From a virus: a stretch of DNA of 11,654 nucleotides. The notes under the pieces are model-generated. The model was not told where the DNA came from. It ran no database searches and saw only the letters and a list, made by a program, of their open reading frames with translations. The stretch is from positions 1-11,654 of IMG/VR virus record IMGVR_UViG_3300031965_000543. One strand, given 5' to 3'. Shown here in pieces: positions 7,049 to 10,428 of this stretch; position 1 is the stretch's first letter; each line of letters opens with the position of its first letter. The translations under genes were made by a program, and so were the position numbers.

Positions 7049-8113
7049 ATGCCTGAGCCATCTTTATCTAATAAAACGTATCTCTGGGAGTTTAAAGATA
7101 GTACTGGTTATGTTATAAACTCAGCTATAACATTCGAAGATAATGGAGAAGGAGCTAGATTAGGTTATACTGAGGCTTTATTAGGAGACATAGTAGAAGA
7201 TTTAGATGATAATGATTTTAGTAATTGGTTTAGTGATGATACAGCAACACAAGATCTTTCATTAAAAAGATTTGGGGTAAGCTCTGCTAAATTTGAAAGC
7301 TCTGTTAATGATGATAGTCAACTCAATCTGGGTGGGGGAGTATCCTCAGGAACTGCTACCTCATATTTATTCTATGATAATGGAGCGTTAGGTACTACAA
7401 ATAGGATAATCCAGCTTAAGAATGGGGTTAATGGGAGGATATTCTTCTTTGGATACAGACCCTCTACATCTAATACAAATTATTCTTATAGATCTGATGG
7501 AGCTTGGATAGATTCTGGAATCGTAAGATCTGTTGGGTGGCACGACATAAAATATCTAGTTAATAACACAACAGGAACAGTATGTTATTTGGATGGACAG
7601 CAACTATTCAGTAATGCTGTTTTAATATCACATCCTGAGATATTTGCTGTTGTAACAAATACTATAAATCAACCATTATGGATAGATAGAATATTACATA
7701 ATAGGGCAATTCCTGGATTATATGTCCCTACTGGAGATCTAATAACTGCTGATGTGTTTCCTACTCGGGTTATTAGATGGCTAAGTAGAAGCTTTAGTAT
7801 TAGCTCTGATGATTATTGGAGAAATAATAAAAGTAATGTAGTTTTAAGTTTTAAAGCTAGTACTGATGGAGGGCTCTCATGGGGTACTAATTCTCCTAAT
7901 TATAATGATGATAATTATTCTGGGCTAAATGATAATAATTTAAAAAATATTAAATGTGATGGGGATGGCTTAGATGGGATTAGAATAAGAATAACTTTAA
8001 ATATATTTGCTGAAAAACAGCAAAGCCCTTTAATAAATCAATTAACTTTAAGTTATGCGGATAGTTCTAAACTTTATGATGCTAAACTTTATGATGCTAA
8101 TTTAGGATGTTAA
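7049..8113 (+). CDS. Putative receptor-binding / tail-fibre protein with a jelly-roll (LamG/concanavalin-like) central region
   Basis: 354 aa. The central segment (TSYLFYDNGALG...RIFFFGYRP...GWHDIKYLVNNTTGTVCYLDGQQLFSN) resembles LamG/ConA-like lectin folds. It is the last gene of the structural block. The C-terminus carries a KLYDA tandem duplication. Confidence 0.6.
   Translation: MPEPSLSNKTYLWEFKDSTGYVINSAITFEDNGEGARLGYTEALLGDIVEDLDDNDFSNWFSDDTATQDLSLKRFGVSSAKFESSVNDDSQLNLGGGVSSGTATSYLFYDNGALGTTNRIIQLKNGVNGRIFFFGYRPSTSNTNYSYRSDGAWIDSGIVRSVGWHDIKYLVNNTTGTVCYLDGQQLFSNAVLISHPEIFAVVTNTINQPLWIDRILHNRAIPGLYVPTGDLITADVFPTRVIRWLSRSFSISSDDYWRNNKSNVVLSFKASTDGGLSWGTNSPNYNDDNYSGLNDNNLKNIKCDGDGLDGIRIRITLNIFAEKQQSPLINQLTLSYADSSKLYDAKLYDANLGC
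8067..8100 (+). repeat. 15-bp tandem repeat (ctaaactttatgatg x2.3) at the 3' end of the receptor-binding candidate
   Basis: Units at 8067-8081 and 8082-8096 plus a partial unit at 8097-8100. Encodes ...KLYDAKLYDA... Confidence 0.9.
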
Positions 8114-8114
8114 A

Positions 8115-8135
8115 TAAGCTTTTAGAAAAAGCTTA
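8115..8135. promoter_or_regulatory. Palindrome family copy P3: TAAGCTTTT-AGA-AAAAGCTTA (perfect 9-bp arms), followed by an extra half-site AAAAGCTT at 8139-8146
   Basis: Read directly. Begins 2 nt after the stop of 7049..8113. Confidence 0.8.
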
Positions 8136-8149
8136 AAGAAAAGCTTAAA

Positions 8150-8165
8150 CTTCTTTCAAAAGAAG
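8150..8165 (+). terminator. Small hairpin CTTCTT-tcaa-AAGAAG after the structural operon, with a T5 run further downstream (8189-8193)
   Basis: Read directly. AT-rich 6-bp stem with no adjacent U-tract, so only weak terminator character. Together with P3 it marks the end of the structural block. Confidence 0.3.
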
Positions 8166-8230
8166 CAAAATAGAGATAAGTTGCAATCTTTTTGGATGTA
8201 AATGACATGACGACAATAGCCACCGCCAGG

Positions 8231-8238
8231 TTTATATA
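8231..8238 (+). promoter_or_regulatory. TATA-like promoter candidate (TTTATATA) upstream of gene 8282..8749
   Basis: TTTATATA at 8231-8238, followed by more AT-rich TATA-like sequence, AGGAGG SD at 8268-8273 and ATG 8282. It matches the archaeal TATA consensus, but bacterial -10-like hexamers (tatatt, tataaa) also occur here, so the promoter type is unresolved. Confidence 0.25.
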
Positions 8239-8281
8239 GTTATTTATATTATCATATATATAAAACTAGGAGGTTTTACAA

Positions 8282-8749
8282 ATGAAAAAAATTATAACAA
8301 AAATTAGTGCTATAGACAATACAAAAAAAGATAGAAATGGTAAGCCTTATTTAAGGATACAATTAGAAGAAGATAATTCTTGGCATAGCGTGTTCAGAGA
8401 AGGGCACAAAGTAGACGCAATTCAGAGTTTAAATAACAATACTAAGGTTGAAGTTACTTTAGAGCAGAATGGAAATTACATTAATATATTAGATATTTCT
8501 CCAATAATTGAAGAAGAGCTAGTAGTTAACCCTATAGAGCCAGAGAAAGAGTTTAAACCTATAGAGAATAAACCTTTATTTAGAAGACATGAAGATAAAG
8601 ACTATAATATGTGGCTTAGTACTAGGTTAAGCTATGCAAAGGATATATATTGTGAAGCTATGAAGCAAAACAACAATACGTATTCTATAGATCACTGCGT
8701 TAAGTTGATATTGCATGCAGAAGAGTTACTAAAAGAGAGGAGCTTATAA
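8282..8749 (+). CDS. Hypothetical protein; N-terminal beta-rich (possible OB-fold) domain plus C-terminal helical domain
   Basis: 155 aa with strong AGGAGG SD. The N-terminus (KISAIDNTKKDRNGKPYLRIQLEEDNSWHSVF...KVEVTLEQNGNYINILDI) looks like a small beta-barrel, so nucleic-acid binding is a guess only. Confidence 0.65.
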   Translation: MKKIITKISAIDNTKKDRNGKPYLRIQLEEDNSWHSVFREGHKVDAIQSLNNNTKVEVTLEQNGNYINILDISPIIEEELVVNPIEPEKEFKPIENKPLFRRHEDKDYNMWLSTRLSYAKDIYCEAMKQNNNTYSIDHCVKLILHAEELLKERSL

Positions 8750-8770
8750 GAAAATAAAGGAGGAATTGAT

Positions 8771-9238
8771 ATGAAAAACAATTGTATAGATATACCAGAA
8801 TTAAACATAAGTGTAGAAAAAGAAGTCCATGATAAAGGAAAATCATGGGATGAGTTAGGTTTAGATTACAACAGAAAATACTTATTAACAGCAGAAGAGT
8901 GTATTTGGTTAGCTAATTCTAAATATGCTAAGATACTAAAAATGGATGGAAACTCTTCACAGGATGATTTCTTCATCCAACAGCCATTTAATAAGAATAA
9001 AGACTTTGACTATATCGCGGGGTTCTGCGCCTACTCTGGCGGGGCTAACCTCGATTGCGGCGGGGATTCGGCTTACTCGAATTCTGGGCTCGGGGTAAGA
9101 TTCAAAAAGAAGCTTTTAGGAAAAGCTTCACCAAAAGAAGCTTTTAGGAAAAGCTTCAAGGAAAGGGTGAAGGTTTGTGGTTTTGGGGTGACTCACCTCT
9201 TTTTTCCACGCCTCTTAGGCCTTCACCCCCTTAAATAA
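8771..9238 (+). CDS. Hypothetical protein; the 3' third is compositionally aberrant (GC-rich codons, then read-through of palindromic repeats and a hairpin+T6)
   Basis: AGGAGG SD and an AT-rich 5' two-thirds look like a normal gene. From ~9017 the codons switch to GCG/GGG/GGC/CTC/TCG (52/81 G+C by hand count). 9105-9158 is a 26-nt repeat translated in two different frames. The extent of the true CDS is uncertain. Confidence 0.5.
   Translation: MKNNCIDIPELNISVEKEVHDKGKSWDELGLDYNRKYLLTAEECIWLANSKYAKILKMDGNSSQDDFFIQQPFNKNKDFDYIAGFCAYSGGANLDCGGDSAYSNSGLGVRFKKKLLGKASPKEAFRKSFKERVKVCGFGVTHLFFPRLLGLHPLK
9105..9158. repeat. Tandem pair of palindrome family copies P4 (9109-9129) and P5 (9137-9157): GAAGCTTTT-AGG-AAAAGCTTC, within 26-nt direct repeats at a 28-bp period
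   Basis: aaaagaagcttttaggaaaagcttca at 9105-9130 and 9133-9158, identical. Each contains perfect 9-bp inverted arms. Confidence 0.9.
9165..9228 (+). other. GC-rich long stem-loop: GGGTGAAGG (9165-9173) pairs with CCTTCACCC (9220-9228); inner GTGG/CCAC pairing
   Basis: Reverse-complement pairs checked by hand. The element encloses the hairpin+T6 at 9185-9205. Confidence 0.5.
9185..9205 (+). terminator. Intrinsic-terminator-like hairpin GGGGTG-act-CACCTC followed by T6
   Basis: 6-bp stem (one G-T pair) at 9185-9199 and TTTTTT at 9200-9205. It lies ~30 nt before the stop codon of ORF 8771..9238, which is atypical. Confidence 0.35.
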
Positions 9239-9256
9239 GCTTTTAAGAAAAGATTC
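9236..9256. promoter_or_regulatory. Palindrome family copy P6: TAAGCTTTT-AAG-AAAAGATTC (7/9 arm pairs; same AAAAGATT variant arm as P2)
   Basis: Read directly. Its first TAA is the stop codon of 8771..9238. Confidence 0.7.
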
Positions 9257-9324
9257 ATATGAGCGTTACGATAACGTATTCAAAGGAACAAGCACTATGC
9301 CAACATTTAAATACTTTAAAATAT

Positions 9325-9351
9325 AAATTCACATAGTGAATTTACATAGTG
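9325..9351. promoter_or_regulatory. Inverted repeat AAATTCAC-ata-GTGAATTT overlapping a direct repeat of ACATAGTG (9331-9338 and 9344-9351)
   Basis: Read directly. Operator-like architecture in the ORF-free region. Confidence 0.6.
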
Positions 9352-9390
9352 CCTAATTCTCGACTAGTTCTTAAGTACTTTGAATATAGA

Positions 9391-9420
9391 GGGGTTTTAC
9401 GGGGTTTTAGGTGTTTTAGT
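9391..9420. repeat. Three 10-bp phased tandem repeats GGGGTTTTAC / GGGGTTTTAG / GTGTTTTAGT
   Basis: Read directly. T4 tracts are phased at one helical turn, giving iteron-like or bent-DNA character. Confidence 0.85.
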
Positions 9421-9440
9421 ACACGGGTATGGTAATAACA

Positions 9441-9461
9441 GAAACTTTTAGAAAAAGTTTC
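9441..9461. promoter_or_regulatory. Palindrome family copy P7: GAAACTTTT-AGA-AAAAGTTTC (perfect 9-bp arms, same A:T variant as P1)
   Basis: Read directly. It immediately precedes the GC-rich hairpin cluster. Confidence 0.8.
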
Positions 9462-9616
9462 ACTGGCTCGTAGCGTTGGGACGCTACTTCGCTGTGCTAT
9501 GTGGCGAGGATTCACCTCAAGCTCCTCTCCTCGCAGTAGCCCCCCCGCTCTCGCTGCCCCCCGCTGGGGGGCCAGACACTTGGCGAGTAGCTTGCCACTA
9601 CTCGCGGAACTAACCA
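9462..9616. ncRNA. GC-rich cluster of four consecutive perfect hairpins: candidate structured ncRNA or cis-acting origin/packaging element (strand undetermined)
   Basis: Four hairpins: 9470-9487 (GTAGCGT/tggg/ACGCTAC), 9504-9534 (GCGAGGA...TCCTCGC), 9556-9572 (GCCCCCC/gct/GGGGGGC), 9583-9605 (GCGAGTAG/cttgcca/CTACTCGC). 43/60 G+C at 9541-9600 versus 17/60 in a typical coding line. Only low-complexity ORFs overlap it. Confidence 0.35.
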
Positions 9617-9662
9617 ACCCCACCCACCCACCACATCCCACCGCCCACCCACCCACCCACCC
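9617..9662 (-). repeat. (CCCA)n on + strand / (GGGT)n on - strand: G-quadruplex / i-motif-forming tract
   Basis: + strand: accccacccacccaccacatcccaccgcccacccacccacccaccc. The minus strand of 9644-9662 reads GGGTGGGTGGGTGGGTGGG, five G3 runs with 1-nt loops. Confidence 0.85.
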
Positions 9663-9722
9663 TAATGTTTATAATATAATGAGTCTTAATAGGTTTTTTT
9701 TGTGTGTTATCAGGAGTTAACA

Positions 9723-9734
9723 GAAAAATTTTTC
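9723..9734. repeat. Perfect A5/T5 palindrome GAAAAATTTTTC
   Basis: Read directly. A nearby hairpin ATAGGC-tttttatg-GCCTAT lies at 9742-9761. Confidence 0.7.
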
Positions 9735-9766
9735 ATATTTTATAGGCTTTTTATGGCCTATTTCGT

Positions 9767-9829
9767 AATCTCCATAGGAAAAGTAGGTTCTGGAGTATAT
9801 AGAAATCTCCATAGGAAGCGAAGGTTCTG
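9767..9829. repeat. Two 26-bp direct repeats at a 37-bp period (AATCTCCATAGGAA + AGGTTCTG core)
   Basis: 9767-9792 is aatctccataggaaaagtaggttctg. 9804-9829 is aatctccataggaagcgaaggttctg. The first 14 nt and the last 8 nt are identical. Confidence 0.85.
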
Positions 9830-9926
9830 TGATAGGTAGAGAGTCTGTAGTATCAAAATAGGTGTTTTCGGGTAACCTACGTTTCCAGTGGAGAAATATT
9901 GGTTTAACAATACATACCTATATATA

Positions 9927-9940
9927 TACTTACGTAAGTA
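9927..9940. promoter_or_regulatory. Perfect 14-bp palindrome TACTTACGTAAGTA
   Basis: Reverse complement checked by hand. It shares GTAAGTAC (9934-9941) with a second copy at 9981-9988. Confidence 0.8.
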
Positions 9941-9946
9941 CAAGTA

Positions 9947-9969
9947 TAGTAGTAGTAGTAGTAGTAGTA
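9947..9969. repeat. Trinucleotide microsatellite (TAG)7 plus TA
   Basis: tagtagtagtagtagtagtagta read directly. It lies ~40 nt upstream of the start codon at 10010. Confidence 0.95.
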
Positions 9970-9985
9970 ATTTAATAAGTGTAAG

Positions 9986-9995
9986 TACGTACGTA
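9986..9995. promoter_or_regulatory. Perfect 10-bp palindrome TACGTACGTA abutting the SD of gene 10010..10204
   Basis: Read directly. GGAGG at 10000-10004 follows, then a 5-nt spacer and ATG 10010. Confidence 0.75.
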
Positions 9996-10009
9996 GGATG
10001 GAGGTTAAA

Positions 10010-10204
10010 ATGAAAAAACATTACAATTTATATCTAAGCATAAACAAAATAGAGCCATTAAAAGAAGAAGGAATTAATATTTCTAGATTAATAGATAATG
10101 CTCTTTCTGATATTTCAGAACAAAAACCACTTATAAGAAGAATAGCAGAACTAGAAGAACAAAATAAACAAATGAAATGGGCTATAAAGAGGTTACAAAG
10201 ATGA
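10010..10204 (+). CDS. Ribbon-helix-helix-like DNA-binding protein with C-terminal coiled coil (regulator or small-terminase candidate)
   Basis: Start moved from the track ATG 9998 to ATG 10010 because GGAGG (10000-10004) sits 5 nt upstream. MKKHYNLYLSINKIEPLKEEGINISRLIDNALSD fits a beta-strand/helix/helix pattern, followed by IRRIAELEEQNKQMKWAIKRLQ. Confidence 0.55.
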   Translation: MKKHYNLYLSINKIEPLKEEGINISRLIDNALSDISEQKPLIRRIAELEEQNKQMKWAIKRLQR

Positions 10205-10428
10205 ATAATACTAGACTAGAAAAATGGGGACATACTTTAATAATGAAAAATCCCCCTAAAAGATGTTCAAAATGTGGAATAAATTTAGTACCACCTTTTC
10301 AATTTTGTAAAGAATTTGAAAAAGGATTCTGTGAAAATTGTGAAAAGGGAACATCTAAAAGACTATGTTATAGTATGGAAGAAGAACATGAACACTTTAA
10401 CATCATAAAAATAGAAGATGAATCTTGA
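10201..10428 (+). CDS. Zinc-ribbon protein (CxxC...CxxC)
   Basis: The in-frame ATG 10201 overlaps the upstream stop as ATGA, with AGAGG 8 nt upstream (the track start at 10177 is less likely). Motifs CSKCG and CENCEKG. Confidence 0.6.
   Translation: MNNTRLEKWGHTLIMKNPPKRCSKCGINLVPPFQFCKEFEKGFCENCEKGTSKRLCYSMEEEHEHFNIIKIEDES

Noticed and set aside
7806-7812. Hammerhead-ribozyme core motif CTGATGA (also at 11052-11058)
   Set aside because: Both copies lie inside well-supported CDSs. Neither has the flanking helices or the GAAA partner motif in a suitable arrangement, so these are chance heptamers.
9017-9100. Possible tRNA or tRNA fragment (GCGGGG starts resemble archaeal tRNA acceptor 5' ends)
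   Set aside because: There is no complementary 3' acceptor strand (no ACCCCGC/CCCCGC), no GTTCRANYC T-loop and no D-arm consensus on either strand. The hairpin GATTCG-gcttact-CGAATT lacks U33 and a purine at position 37. The same negative result holds for 9462-9616.
9105-9158. CRISPR-like repeat
   Set aside because: There are only two repeat copies, separated by 2 nt, with no spacers. They belong to the dispersed palindrome family.
9391-9420. Telomere-like G4T4 repeats forming a plus-strand G-quadruplex
   Set aside because: Only two full GGGG runs plus weaker GG/GGG runs are present, which is insufficient for a confident intramolecular G4. The 10-bp phasing is the more defensible observation.
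9462-9662. attP/host-derived integration site explaining the GC-rich island
   Set aside because: No integrase or recombinase is recognisable anywhere in the closed genome, and no tRNA-like core was found. The idea cannot be fully excluded without searching host genomes.
9342-9720. ORFs 9342..9656 (-) and 9499..9720 (+) over the GC-rich region
   Set aside because: The products are Pro/Gly/Ala/His low-complexity strings generated by CCCA/GGGT and C/G homopolymer runs. They have no RBS. Stable hairpins fill the region, so it is better explained as structured RNA or cis-acting DNA.
9998-10009. Track start codons ATG 9998, GTG 6685, ATG 10177 and TTG 6228
   Set aside because: In each case a downstream in-frame ATG has better context. 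GGAGG sits 5 nt before 10010. There is an ATGA overlap plus AGAGG before 10201. ATG 6694 comes right after the upstream stop. The 6228 extension conflicts with an ATG-started ORF.
9758-10021. 87-aa ORF on the minus strand
   Set aside because: It reads the (TAG)7 microsatellite as poly-Leu and runs through the direct repeats and palindromes. It has no RBS and a low-complexity product, so it is most likely non-coding.
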